This document shows, one piece after another, positions 41,494 through 50,902 of a DNA stretch of 64,000 nucleotides. The notes beneath the pieces are model-generated. The model was not told where the DNA came from. It did not search any database and was given only the letters and a program-made list of their open reading frames with translations. Position 1 is the first letter of the stretch. Each line of letters begins with the position of its first letter. Source of the DNA: an uncultured Gemmiger sp. (GTDB lineage: Bacteria > Bacillota > Clostridia > Oscillospirales > Ruminococcaceae); the NCBI GenBank assembly GCA_944388135.1, contig CALXHP010000005.1, forward strand, positions 2,812-66,811. The letters run 5' to 3'. A program made the position numbers and the translations under genes.

Positions 41494-42051
41494 TCAAAAT
41501 TTTTCCACCTTAAAGACCGACGCCCCGCTGGCCAGCGCCGCCGCCAGGCCGGGCCCGGAATCCTCAAAGATCATCGTCTCGGCAGGGGTGACGCCGAAAT
41601 GCTCCATGGCCTTCACATACCCTTCGGGGTCGGGCTTGCTGCGGGTCACATCCTCACTGGTGAGGACCAGGTCAAACCAGCAGACGCAGCCGAAATGGCT
41701 GAGCACCTCGGTGGCATTGCGGCGGCTGCCGGTGGTGACGCAGGCCAGCCGGTTGCCCGCCGCCCGCATGTTCTGCAGCAGCTCAAACAGCGCCCGGTTG
41801 GGCCGCACCGAGTCCAGAAAATCCCCGTACAGTTCCTTTTTCCGGTCATGGACCCGCTCCACATCGGCGGGGTCGGGGTCGCCGCCCATGAGGGGACGGA
41901 GAAAATCCTTATAGTAGCCGCCGTTGCAGTGGGCGGCGTAGTATTCGTCGGTGACGGTAAAGCCCAGTTCTTCCAGGGCGGCCCGGTAGGAAGCCGCGTT
42001 GGCGGGCACGGTATCCAGCAGGGTACCGTCCAGATCGACGCAGATCAGCAT
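41494..42051 (-). CDS. HAD-family phosphatase (beta-PGM-like)
   Basis: Motif I DLDGT, motif II VTTG, motif III KPDP and motif IV FEDS. Confidence 0.9.
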   Translation of the reverse strand: MLICVDLDGTLLDTVPANAASYRAALEELGFTVTDEYYAAHCNGGYYKDFLRPLMGGDPDPADVERVHDRKKELYGDFLDSVRPNRALFELLQNMRAAGNRLACVTTGSRRNATEVLSHFGCVCWFDLVLTSEDVTRSKPDPEGYVKAMEHFGVTPAETMIFEDSGPGLAAALASGASVFKVEKF

Positions 42052-42067
42052 AGAGGGAAAACTCCTT

Positions 42068-43993
42068 TCAGGGGCGGGCGTGGAGGGCGGCATCGTTGGC
42101 CACCATCACCAGCCCGGCGTAAAACATGGGGGCCCGTTTGCGGTCCTTGGAAAGCTTGTAGGGCATCAGCCGCAGCCAGTGGATGACCTCGTGCATGAGG
42201 ATGCTGTCCAGCTGGTCAGGATACCGGCGGCCCAGGTCGGCCATCAGGTCGGCCAACAGACCGTCGTAGGCGGCCGAACGGGTCAGGGCAAAGTCGATGT
42301 GGTTGCCCTGCACCGTCACCCGGGGGGTCATCATCATGAACTCGTACCCGCCGTGAAGGCTTTGCAGCAGCTTGCCGTAATCCAGGAAGGGGCTCTCATG
42401 AAGGTTGCCGGTGTTGGGGTCGATAAGATACCACCCCTTGTCGTCGGTGCGGCAGATGATGTTTTCGATGGTCAGGTCGCCGTGGATGGTGGCCACCGGG
42501 TCGGCGGCAAAAAGGGCTTCCAGCCGCTGCCGGTCAAACAGCCAGTCCAGCCGGTTCAGGTTCTGGTATTCCTTGCCGTTGATCCAGAGGGTGGGGGCCT
42601 CCATCAGGTCGTGCAGGCTGCGGGCCTCCCGCAGTTTTTGCAGGTTGCCGTCCACTTTTTTGGCGATGTACTGCCGGATTTTTTCCGGGTCAGCCGCCAC
42701 CGCCGTGGGGCGGTACAGTTTCTCTTCCAGGGTATCCAGCACCTGGCGGAGCACCGCGGCGCTTTTTTCCACCGGGTTGGAGTGAAGATACCGGAACATC
42801 CCCACCGCCTGGGGGTCGTAGGTCATATCATACCAGCAGCAGCCCGCCTCCTCGCCGGTGCGCAGGATCTCGCACAGGGGCAGCTTGTCCTGCTGGGCAC
42901 GCAGCCAGTGGAGCTGCTCCGCCAGCTTTTCCCCGTCGGCGCCAAAGGCGTATTTCCGGTAGAAGGTGCGGTTCTTGTCCATGCAGAGCATGGTGGTGGC
43001 GTTGGACCCCGCCGAATAGTCCTGCAGGATGGTGATATCCCGGTTCATCTGAAGGAACCGGTCCACCCAGGCCTTGTTCTGCAGCCCGAAATACTGGCTC
43101 AGGAAGGCGGCCCGGTCCTGGGGATCGGCCTGGGGCAGCAGGTTCAGGTAGCTTTCTTCCGCCGGGGCGGCGGCGGTGGCCTGGTTCACGGCCCCCCGCA
43201 CCCGTTCCGGCAGCAAAGTCACCAGCCACATCACGGCCAGCGGCACCAGATACCAGCTGAGCATGGCGGCGCAGGCGGCAAGGGGGGCACCGTCCAGCAC
43301 GCCGCCGGGCAGCACCACCCGCAGGTCCCCTGCGGACTGCCCGAACAGGGCGTCAAAGACATCCACCAGCCCCATGGACTGCCCGGCAGCCGTCATGGAG
43401 GCGGCCAGCGCCGTGTAAGAGCCCAGGTAGGCCGCCCACATAAGCACCGTATTGAGCCCCAGGCGCACCAGGTTGACCCGGCCCAGGTCCTTGAAGGTGT
43501 TGATCAGGCTCCAGCAAAAGACCATGCCGTCCAGCTTGAGGGTATCGTTGAAGATGCCGCAGACGGCCAGGCAGATCCGCTTGATGCCGTCCCGCAGGGC
43601 GACCACCACCACCAGTGCCACAGCCAGCACCACCGCCAGCACAAGGTAATACCGGGCCGCCATGCGGGCCGCATCGCCCCCCTGCCCCAGCAGCGCAAAG
43701 GCCGCGAAGCCCAGGGCCACAAACCAGACATCCAGGAAGCGGTCCATAATGACGGTGGCCAGGGCAAAACCGATGCCGGATTTCATCCGGCGGCCCACAA
43801 AGACCGCCCGGAACACATCCCCCAGGTGGAGGGGCAGCACGGTATTGATGGCATAGCCCCCTGCCATGCCCCGCAGCATGGTGCCCCGCTGGGGACGCTC
43901 ATAAATGCGCACAAACTGTTCCCACCGCAGCAGCCGGAAGGCATGCCCGGCAAGGACCAGCGCCATGGAAAGCAGCAAAAATGCCAGCATCAT
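42068..43993 (-). CDS. UPF0104/LPG-synthase-TM (flippase-like) membrane domain fused to an APH/choline-kinase-like phosphotransferase
   Basis: N-terminal RLLRW, GYAINTVLPLHLGDVFR and MDRFLD with about 7 TM segments. C-terminal AGSNAT, IHGDLTIENI, LIDPN and DYGKLLQS. Confidence 0.82.
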   Translation of the reverse strand: MMLAFLLLSMALVLAGHAFRLLRWEQFVRIYERPQRGTMLRGMAGGYAINTVLPLHLGDVFRAVFVGRRMKSGIGFALATVIMDRFLDVWFVALGFAAFALLGQGGDAARMAARYYLVLAVVLAVALVVVVALRDGIKRICLAVCGIFNDTLKLDGMVFCWSLINTFKDLGRVNLVRLGLNTVLMWAAYLGSYTALAASMTAAGQSMGLVDVFDALFGQSAGDLRVVLPGGVLDGAPLAACAAMLSWYLVPLAVMWLVTLLPERVRGAVNQATAAAPAEESYLNLLPQADPQDRAAFLSQYFGLQNKAWVDRFLQMNRDITILQDYSAGSNATTMLCMDKNRTFYRKYAFGADGEKLAEQLHWLRAQQDKLPLCEILRTGEEAGCCWYDMTYDPQAVGMFRYLHSNPVEKSAAVLRQVLDTLEEKLYRPTAVAADPEKIRQYIAKKVDGNLQKLREARSLHDLMEAPTLWINGKEYQNLNRLDWLFDRQRLEALFAADPVATIHGDLTIENIICRTDDKGWYLIDPNTGNLHESPFLDYGKLLQSLHGGYEFMMMTPRVTVQGNHIDFALTRSAAYDGLLADLMADLGRRYPDQLDSILMHEVIHWLRLMPYKLSKDRKRAPMFYAGLVMVANDAALHARP

Positions 43994-45621
43994 TGGGGGA
44001 TTCCTCTTTCCTGTTTTTTCTTTTGGTGCAGCAGGATTCCATACACCACCGCGGCGGCTGTAATGGCATACCCCGCAATATACGGCGTAAGGTAGTACAT
44101 GAAGTAGGTGTCGGGCGCCGTAAGGAACACCAGGGGAATACGGGCCGCCAGCGCCCCCGCCGCAAAGAAGAGCATCCACCGGCGGCGGAGCAGCAGCACA
44201 ACGATGGCCGCCGCCAGCAGAAGGAAGGAGGGCACCATCAGCCAGGTGACGGCCACCAGCCCGCCCAGGAACTCCGTCCGGTAAGACAGACTCATAATAA
44301 AATTCTCCCGCAGCGTCTGGTTCAGGGGGTAGGCTGCTACACTGTCATAGAGAAATTCTTTCTGGTTGTCCCGCATAGCTTCCGGCGGGTCGGTATAGAC
44401 AAGAACGGTGGTGGCAAAAACGATTTTCTGGTTGGATTCCGTCTCGTGCTGTTCCACCGTGTTCCAGAACACGCCCAGGCGTTCCCGCAGCAGGGAACCG
44501 GGATACTTCAGCGCCAGCTGAACGATCCCCTTTTTGCAGTTGTTCCAGTCCTCCTCGGTCAGGTCGCCGCTGACCCGGGTGATGGCATCCCGCAGCTGAT
44601 TTCCGTGCAGGGTGGAGTAGTCCCGGCAGGCCTGCACATCAAAAATGGGGTCGATCAAGGCCAGTGCTTCGGCGTCTGCCTCGGGGTCGGCGTCCTGCAC
44701 AAGGGCCGCCGCTTGATAGCACAGGGCCACCCGCTGGTACAGCCAGGCTTCCCCCATCAGATGGCTGCTGTAGGCATTGCAGGCCAGGGTACCGGCCACC
44801 AGGACCGCCGCACTGAGGACCACCCCCGCCGGGCGCACCAGTTTTTTCACGGCCAGCACAACAAGCAGTACCGGCAGGGCGGCCAGATAATAGATATTTT
44901 CGCTGCGCCAGGAAGCGGTCAAAATCCCCAGCAGGGTCAGCACGGCCAGCTGCTTTTTTCCCACCGGACGGCCCCGCAGGTACCACCATACCAGCAGGAA
45001 GAGAGTGAACAGCTCGGTCCAGGTGGACCAGGTAGAGCGAAACGGCTGCATATCATGCAGTACCACCGGCGGCAGCAAGAACGGGATATACAGAAGGGCA
45101 AACCAGCCCCGGGCCGGTGCCCTGGGCATCCGCTGTACCGCCAGGGTTTCGGCAGCCGCCAGAAAACAGCCCACCACCCCGGCAATGAGCAGCGTCTGGA
45201 TCAGCACCACCCCGCCGGGCAGGGGGATGAACATCAGCGACAGAATAAAGGCCCCGCTGGTGAGGAAATGCTGCCAGGAGGAAGGTTCCAGGGTACGGGC
45301 CAGATGGAGCACATCCAGGTCGTCGCTGCCCCAGCATCCGGGCCAGACGATGACCAGCACGATCAGGGTCACCGCCAGATAGGGCAGGGCCCAGCGCAGC
45401 CAGGCCAGGGTAAAGGGGTCCTTCCGCCGCAGGTTGCACACCAGGGTCACCGCCCCGTGAATGACCGCAAACGCCAGCAGAAGGAACAGGGCCTTATACA
45501 CAAAAAAGTAGGGCGTATGCCGGTCATAGCGGAAGAACAGCCGGTCGGTGGCCAGTGTCAGCAGGCACCATACCAGGGCAGCCGCCCCTTCCCGGAGCAG
45601 ACGTTTGCGGGATTGTTCCAT
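43990..45621 (-). CDS. Polytopic membrane protein, GT-C-like glycosyltransferase candidate
   Basis: About 12 TM segments with WPGCWGSDD (acidic loop after an early TM) and WQH, and a large extracytoplasmic loop before the last TMs. AAGGAG RBS. Confidence 0.6.
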   Translation of the reverse strand: MEQSRKRLLREGAAALVWCLLTLATDRLFFRYDRHTPYFFVYKALFLLLAFAVIHGAVTLVCNLRRKDPFTLAWLRWALPYLAVTLIVLVIVWPGCWGSDDLDVLHLARTLEPSSWQHFLTSGAFILSLMFIPLPGGVVLIQTLLIAGVVGCFLAAAETLAVQRMPRAPARGWFALLYIPFLLPPVVLHDMQPFRSTWSTWTELFTLFLLVWWYLRGRPVGKKQLAVLTLLGILTASWRSENIYYLAALPVLLVVLAVKKLVRPAGVVLSAAVLVAGTLACNAYSSHLMGEAWLYQRVALCYQAAALVQDADPEADAEALALIDPIFDVQACRDYSTLHGNQLRDAITRVSGDLTEEDWNNCKKGIVQLALKYPGSLLRERLGVFWNTVEQHETESNQKIVFATTVLVYTDPPEAMRDNQKEFLYDSVAAYPLNQTLRENFIMSLSYRTEFLGGLVAVTWLMVPSFLLLAAAIVVLLLRRRWMLFFAAGALAARIPLVFLTAPDTYFMYYLTPYIAGYAITAAAVVYGILLHQKKKQERGIPQ

Positions 45622-45647
45622 AGGGTTCTCCTTTGCCGGGGCACCGC

Positions 45648-46400
45648 TCACAGCAGCGCCTCAAATCCGGCAGCGTTTTCGGGGCTTTCGGCGGCGCGGT
45701 ATTCCGCCGGCGTGCCGAAAGGCAGATGCAGGTCGGTGGCAAAGCCCTGCACCGCGGCGCCCTGTTCCGCCAGCACATTGTAGATGCCCGACACAAAGAA
45801 CTCCTTGTACTCGCAGGCATGGAGGTACCGGGCGCAGGCATCGGCGTAGGTCTTTTTGTCCTTGAAATAGTAGGCGCCGCAGATGGCGTCATGGCTGACC
45901 ACTTGTTTTTCCACCGTGTGGCAGACGTTGCCGTCCGGGCCGTACTGCAGGTAGCTGTAGGCCGGGGAATCGCTCCGGAAGGTCAGCAGCGCCCCCGCCG
46001 GGCCGTGGGCAAAGTCGCCCCGGGCGCAGAAGTCGTTGAACGCCCGGCAGAGGAAGAGATGGTCGCAGTCGTTGAAGAGCAGAGGTTCCCCGTCGGGCAG
46101 CCCCTCGGCCCCCTTCAGCGCCGTGATGGCCGCCCCGGCCGTCACCTCCGGCAGGGCAATGATCCGGGCCTGGGGCCAGTATTCCCGGACCCTGGTATCG
46201 ATGGCAAAATCCCGGATATGCTCTTCCAGCACCACAAAGGTCAGGTCGGCGCAGTCCACGAACTTTTCCACACTGCGGGCCGCCCAGTAGAAGAAGGGCT
46301 TGCCGTGAATTTCGATGAGGGGTTTGGGGCAGACAAAGCCGTTTTCAAAAAAGCGGCTGCCCCGCCCCGCCATGGGCAGGATCAGATGGAGTTTGGACAT
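45648..46400 (-). CDS. Sugar-phosphate nucleotidyltransferase
   Basis: LPMAGRGSRF, PKPLIEIHGKP, NDCD, VEKQVVS and EFFVSGIYN. Confidence 0.85.
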   Translation of the reverse strand: MSKLHLILPMAGRGSRFFENGFVCPKPLIEIHGKPFFYWAARSVEKFVDCADLTFVVLEEHIRDFAIDTRVREYWPQARIIALPEVTAGAAITALKGAEGLPDGEPLLFNDCDHLFLCRAFNDFCARGDFAHGPAGALLTFRSDSPAYSYLQYGPDGNVCHTVEKQVVSHDAICGAYYFKDKKTYADACARYLHACEYKEFFVSGIYNVLAEQGAAVQGFATDLHLPFGTPAEYRAAESPENAAGFEALL

Positions 46401-46424
46401 AAGGCGGCTCCTTTCCGGCGGCGC

Positions 46425-47453
46425 TCAGGCGTTGTCCCGGGCCGCCAGCATCTTGCATTCTTCCGCAATCACCCGGGAAAGTCCGGTTTCGATATCCACC
46501 TGGGGTACCCAGCCGTAGGCTTCCTTCCCGTGGGTGTTGTCGCAGAGGCTGAACTTGTTCACCTCGTGGTCCAGGATCTCCGGCTTGATGCCGTAGGCCC
46601 CGCCGTACAGTTCGGGGTATTTGGCCCAGTAGTGGCTGGTGGGGCAGTATTTGGCCTCGATCTCCTTGCCCATCAGGCGGCAGGCGGTGGCGTAGAGCTC
46701 CCGCACCGAGTAGCTCTGGTTGCTGGAAACGTTCACCGCGTCAAAACCGGGCTGGGGATGGTCCACCACCCGCAGGGCCAGGTCGATGAGGTCGTCCACA
46801 TAGATGTAGTCCCGGCGCTGGTTGCCGTCGGAGTGGAACTCCGGCGTGCGGCCGTAGTAGAGTTCCCGGATCATATAGCCCACAAAGGGGGGCTGTTTGC
46901 GCAGGCAGTCGATATGGGGGCCGTAGACGTTGGCAAACCGCAGGCAGGTCACCGTCATGCCGTAGGTATCGGCAAAGCTCTGGCAGAACCGCTCGCCGCA
47001 GTACTTGGTGTTGGGGTAGATCAGGGTGGGGGTGTGGAAGGAGGTCTCCACCGTGGGGAACTCGGTCTCATTCTCATACATGGCGTTGGTGGAGGCCTGC
47101 ACCAGCTGCTTGACGCCGGTGCGGCGGGCACATTCCAGCAGATGCACCAGGCCCAGGGTGTTCACTTCCACCGCCTGGACCGGGTCGCTCTGGCAGTCGG
47201 GCAGCGGGGCGATGCCCGCAATATTGTACACCACGTCGAACTTTTCCGCCTCAAAGAGGGCGGGAATGGCCTCCCGGTCCCGGATGTCCATCCGGCGCAC
47301 TTCGCCGCCGAAGTCGTGGTCGTCGAATTTCAGGTTGTCCAGATTGCCGTAGGAGAAGTTGTCGATGCCCACGACCTCATCGCCGCGCTTCCACAGCGCA
47401 TGCCACAGCTGGCCGCCGATGAATCCGGCGGCGCCCGTTACCAGAACTTTCAT
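46425..47453 (-). CDS. NAD-dependent NDP-sugar epimerase/dehydratase (extended SDR)
   Basis: TGAAGFIG, QAST, YPNTK (YxxxK), RFANVYGP and QRRDYIYVDD. Confidence 0.9.
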   Translation of the reverse strand: MKVLVTGAAGFIGGQLWHALWKRGDEVVGIDNFSYGNLDNLKFDDHDFGGEVRRMDIRDREAIPALFEAEKFDVVYNIAGIAPLPDCQSDPVQAVEVNTLGLVHLLECARRTGVKQLVQASTNAMYENETEFPTVETSFHTPTLIYPNTKYCGERFCQSFADTYGMTVTCLRFANVYGPHIDCLRKQPPFVGYMIRELYYGRTPEFHSDGNQRRDYIYVDDLIDLALRVVDHPQPGFDAVNVSSNQSYSVRELYATACRLMGKEIEAKYCPTSHYWAKYPELYGGAYGIKPEILDHEVNKFSLCDNTHGKEAYGWVPQVDIETGLSRVIAEECKMLAARDNA

Positions 47454-47466
47454 GAGAAAAGCCTCC

Positions 47467-48261
47467 TTACTGCTGCACCGGAATTTCGGTGTAGGTGTAA
47501 TCGTCGATGATGGTATCCCGCCATTCCCGTTCCACAAAGGCTTTGGGGCTGCGCAGATACCGCCCGCAGAGTTTCAGCAGGCTGATGCCGAAGCTGGTGA
47601 GTTTGTTGTTGCTGACCTGATCTTCCTCCCGCCAGCTGATGGGGAAGAACAGCACCTTCTGTTTCAGCTGGCAGAGGGCCAGGATCATGCAGTCATTGAA
47701 ATAGAGGGTGTCGGGGAATTTTTTGTAGTATCCGTTTTTCAGGGGCGCCACGGCGTAGAGGTTCAGCCCGCTGCCCAGGTCGGTGATGCGGTGCCGGGCC
47801 ACCAGGGTGAACAGGGCGTTGAACCCGTGGTTGCCCACCACCCGCAGGGTGCTGTACCCCTGGATGCGGCTGCCCTTCATGAAGCGGGAGCCCAGGCAGC
47901 AGTCGTAGTTGCGGTAGCTGCCGTCCTCCAGGATGGGCAGCAGGTCGGCGATGGCACCCTGGTCGTCGCCGTGGAGCACCACCAGATGGTCATACCCGTG
48001 GGCCGCCGCATAGCCGAAGGCTACCTTGTGGCTGCCCCCCAGGCCGTAGTTTTTGTCGTTGCGCAGCAGATGCACCGGCGCCTCGGGGTGGCGGCGGCAC
48101 CAGTCCTGCACGGCGTTTTCGGTGCCGTCGGTGGAGCGGTTGTTGACCACGATGCACTCCCCCACCCAGGGGGCAATGCGGGCGTCCAGCAGCTGGGAAA
48201 GCACGCGGGGCACCTGTTTTTCACAGTTGTAAGCGGGAATGAATACCAGCAGTTTTTCCAT
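47467..48261 (-). CDS. GT2, DPM1/GtrB-like polyprenol-phosphate glycosyltransferase
   Basis: IPAYNCE, NNRSTDGT, NYGLGGSHK, HGDDQ, GSRF and TDLGSG. Confidence 0.85.
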   Translation of the reverse strand: MEKLLVFIPAYNCEKQVPRVLSQLLDARIAPWVGECIVVNNRSTDGTENAVQDWCRRHPEAPVHLLRNDKNYGLGGSHKVAFGYAAAHGYDHLVVLHGDDQGAIADLLPILEDGSYRNYDCCLGSRFMKGSRIQGYSTLRVVGNHGFNALFTLVARHRITDLGSGLNLYAVAPLKNGYYKKFPDTLYFNDCMILALCQLKQKVLFFPISWREEDQVSNNKLTSFGISLLKLCGRYLRSPKAFVEREWRDTIIDDYTYTEIPVQQ

Positions 48262-48292
48262 GGGTCAGGCTCCTTTATTCCAATTCGGTTCA

Positions 48293-48321
48293 AGCATAGC
48301 ACAAAATGCCGCAGCCCGCAA
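48293..48321 (-). promoter_or_regulatory. Internal sigma-A-like promoter for glycan module B
   Basis: TTGCGG-17 nt-TATGCT with a TGn extension, in the 71-nt gap upstream of an AAAGGAG RBS. Confidence 0.55.
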
Positions 48322-48332
48322 CGGGCCGGGGC

Positions 48333-50054
48333 TTATTCCGCCCAGCCGTCCACCACCAGCACCTGCAGGCTGGCGGTGCCGTGGGTGACGGTGTACCGGC
48401 GGCTGATGGCGAAGTTTTCTTCGATCCAGGCATGGAACGCCGCCATATCCCGCACTTCGGCATCGTCATAGAGGATGACGTCGGGCAGTTTGTCCGGTTC
48501 CACCCGGTAGTATTCTTCAAAACGGGGGTCGCTGTCGGTGCCGGAGATCACCGACGCCTGGGCCACCTCCAGGGTGCCGTCGGCCATCAGGAAGCCCAGG
48601 CCGTTCTGCTCGCCGATGGCCTGCAGCACCTTCTGCCCGGCGTAGGGTTCCAGGGCTTCGTAAAGGCATTCCTGCATGTCGGCGGCCTTTTCATCGGCAC
48701 GGATGCCTTTGGCCGGGCCGTTTTCGATGGTCACCAGGGGGGTGTCGGCCAGGTCGGCGGGTTTCCAGCCGGTGGTCTGTACGCACCACAGCCGGCAGAC
48801 CGCAAGGAAGAAGAGCATTCCCCCCAGGCAGGCCAGGGCCATCCCCCGCCGCGCCCGGTCCTTCTCCCGGGCCGTCAGCACCAGCCCGCAGAGGGCCGGC
48901 CAGGTCAGGTACAAAAAGGTGGCGGGCAGTCCCAGCACGGTGGACCGCACAATGAAGCCATAGGCCGCCAGCCCCGGCAGGTATCCCAGCCAGAGGAGGG
49001 CCGCCATGCCCGGCTGTTTCCGGGCCTGCCAGAAGCCCCAGGCCCCCGCCAGTACCAGCACCGGCAGGAACTGCCGTTCGTCCAGGCTGGCATCCCGCAC
49101 AGCCCGCACCGTGCATTGCAGGGTGGTCATTCCGGCCCAGGCCAGCAGCAGGGTGTTGACCCCGCCGGGCAAGGTTCCCTTGCGCCACCGCACCGCCCCG
49201 CCAAGGAGCAGGGCGGCCAGCAGCGGCCACAGCAGGCTGCGCAGCACCGGCAGCACCTGACCGGCCATTTCGGCCAGACGCTGGGCCGCCGTAAAGCCGT
49301 ACTGGGGGTCGTCCAGGATCAGGCTGACCCGGGCCAGGAAGGCGGCCAGGTCAAAGCCCATGCCCTGCAAGGCCCAGACCAGAAAGGCCCCGCCGCAGAC
49401 CGCGCAGCTGCCCAGCAGCAGCCAGGCACCCCGGGGCACGCCGAGAAAGCGGGGTTCCCCGCCCCGGCGCCCCAGCAGGAACAGCCCCAGCCAGAGCACC
49501 GGGAAGGCCGCGGCGCTTTGGGGGTAAGCCAGAAAGCTGAAGCAGGCGCAGAGGGCGCCCGCCGCCACCAGCCAGGGGCGGCGGAACCCCCGGGTCACAT
49601 AGTGGTGGAAGCAGAGAAACGCCGCCACCGTAAAATAGAACTGCTGGCCGGTGTAGTCCGGCCCCAGGAACCATTTGGGCGCATACAGAAAGAGCACCAG
49701 GGCCGCCAGGGCGGCGCCGCCCCGGCCCAGGTCCCGGCGGAATTCCCGGTAAAAGACCCAGCTCATGGCCCCTTTGCAGAGGAGCACCGCCAGCCGCACA
49801 AAGACCAGAAGGCCGGTGGTGGTGCCGGTGACCCCCAGATAGAGGGCTACCAGGGCCGCCGGCGGCAGGGCGCAGAGCTGATGGGGTTCCCACATGGTGG
49901 CAAAGAGCCGGTCCCCGCTGACCAGACGGTACCCCAGGGAGAGGGCGTAGACTTCGTCGATCTCCAGACCCACAAAGACCTGGCGCACCATCACCAGGGC
50001 GCAGACCAGCACCAGCACCGCCCAGGCGGCACGCACTTTCCGTTCCCGCGTCAT
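48333..50054 (-). CDS. Polytopic membrane protein, GT-C-like (ligase/transferase candidate)
   Basis: GLEIDEVY acidic motif after TM1, about 13 TM segments and a C-terminal soluble domain. ATGA overlap with the GT6 gene. Confidence 0.62.
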   Translation of the reverse strand: MTRERKVRAAWAVLVLVCALVMVRQVFVGLEIDEVYALSLGYRLVSGDRLFATMWEPHQLCALPPAALVALYLGVTGTTTGLLVFVRLAVLLCKGAMSWVFYREFRRDLGRGGAALAALVLFLYAPKWFLGPDYTGQQFYFTVAAFLCFHHYVTRGFRRPWLVAAGALCACFSFLAYPQSAAAFPVLWLGLFLLGRRGGEPRFLGVPRGAWLLLGSCAVCGGAFLVWALQGMGFDLAAFLARVSLILDDPQYGFTAAQRLAEMAGQVLPVLRSLLWPLLAALLLGGAVRWRKGTLPGGVNTLLLAWAGMTTLQCTVRAVRDASLDERQFLPVLVLAGAWGFWQARKQPGMAALLWLGYLPGLAAYGFIVRSTVLGLPATFLYLTWPALCGLVLTAREKDRARRGMALACLGGMLFFLAVCRLWCVQTTGWKPADLADTPLVTIENGPAKGIRADEKAADMQECLYEALEPYAGQKVLQAIGEQNGLGFLMADGTLEVAQASVISGTDSDPRFEEYYRVEPDKLPDVILYDDAEVRDMAAFHAWIEENFAISRRYTVTHGTASLQVLVVDGWAE

Positions 50055-50902
50055 TTGGGCACCTCTTTCAGCGTTTTGTGGAGCAGCGCGTCCCGGGCGT
50101 ACCACAGGTAGGGCAGCCAGTTTTCCCGGAAGGCTTCCCACTTGCGCACCAGCCAGCTGCGGGGGTGTTCCTCCTGGTGCTTCACCGCCGCCACATCAAA
50201 GTGGCGGGCCTTGTTGCGCACCACGATCTTCGCCTCAAAGGGCAGGTCCCAGCCCTCGGGGTACCAGTAGGCGGGGGTGAGCAGCCGGTAGTCCCTGCGC
50301 TCCGCCGCATAGCGGTTCAGCTGGCTTTCGTCGTGCCACAGGGCGATGACCCCCCGGGCCAGATCCGCCTCGGTGCGGCGTTCCAGCTCATGGCAGAGGG
50401 CCAGAAAGGCCGGGGCCGTGCCCCCGTTGAGCCCGCCGGACACATAATCCCGGCCGCAGTTGTAGGGGATGTAGGCGGTACTTCTGGGGTTGCGGTCGTA
50501 GGAGTAAAAGATGGGTTTCTTGTTCCAGAACCCGGGCTGCTGCACCAGCAGCAGGTTTTCTCCCCGTTCCGGCCGGGGGAGGAATTCCTCCGCCGTGACG
50601 GTCTTTTCGCAGACCAGGTTGGCATTGAAGAAGAAGAGGAAATCACAGGCGGCCAGGGCCTTTTCCTGACTCAGGAAGATGGAAAACCGGCGCAGGGTGC
50701 TGTAGGGCCAGTCGTAGGCTTCCTGGCAGATCCGGCGGACGTTGGGGGCGTCCTCGTATTCGATATGGTCTGCGTCGGTAAAGACGAAGTATTCCTTTTC
50801 GCAGCCGGGCAGAAAGTTCGCTTCAAAGCTGCGGTAAAATTCCGGCCAGAACACCGTGTATTTTCCGGTGCAGAGGTAGAGCATCCCGATTTTCGGCATC
50901 AT
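50051..50902 (-). CDS. GT6 alpha-1,3-(N-acetyl)galactosaminyl/galactosyltransferase, bacterial NXN type
   Basis: LYLCTGKY, YFVFTD, WPYSTLRRF, FFFNAN, YVSGGLNGG and WHDESQLNRY. True start at ATG 50902 (ATGA overlap with wzx). Confidence 0.9.
   Translation of the reverse strand: MMPKIGMLYLCTGKYTVFWPEFYRSFEANFLPGCEKEYFVFTDADHIEYEDAPNVRRICQEAYDWPYSTLRRFSIFLSQEKALAACDFLFFFNANLVCEKTVTAEEFLPRPERGENLLLVQQPGFWNKKPIFYSYDRNPRSTAYIPYNCGRDYVSGGLNGGTAPAFLALCHELERRTEADLARGVIALWHDESQLNRYAAERRDYRLLTPAYWYPEGWDLPFEAKIVVRNKARHFDVAAVKHQEEHPRSWLVRKWEAFRENWLPYLWYARDALLHKTLKEVPK

Noticed and set aside
42068-43000. Kinase domain as an aminoglycoside resistance gene
   Set aside because: The APH-like fold is shared by many small-molecule kinases. 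Fusion to a membrane domain inside a glycan operon argues for a biosynthetic role.
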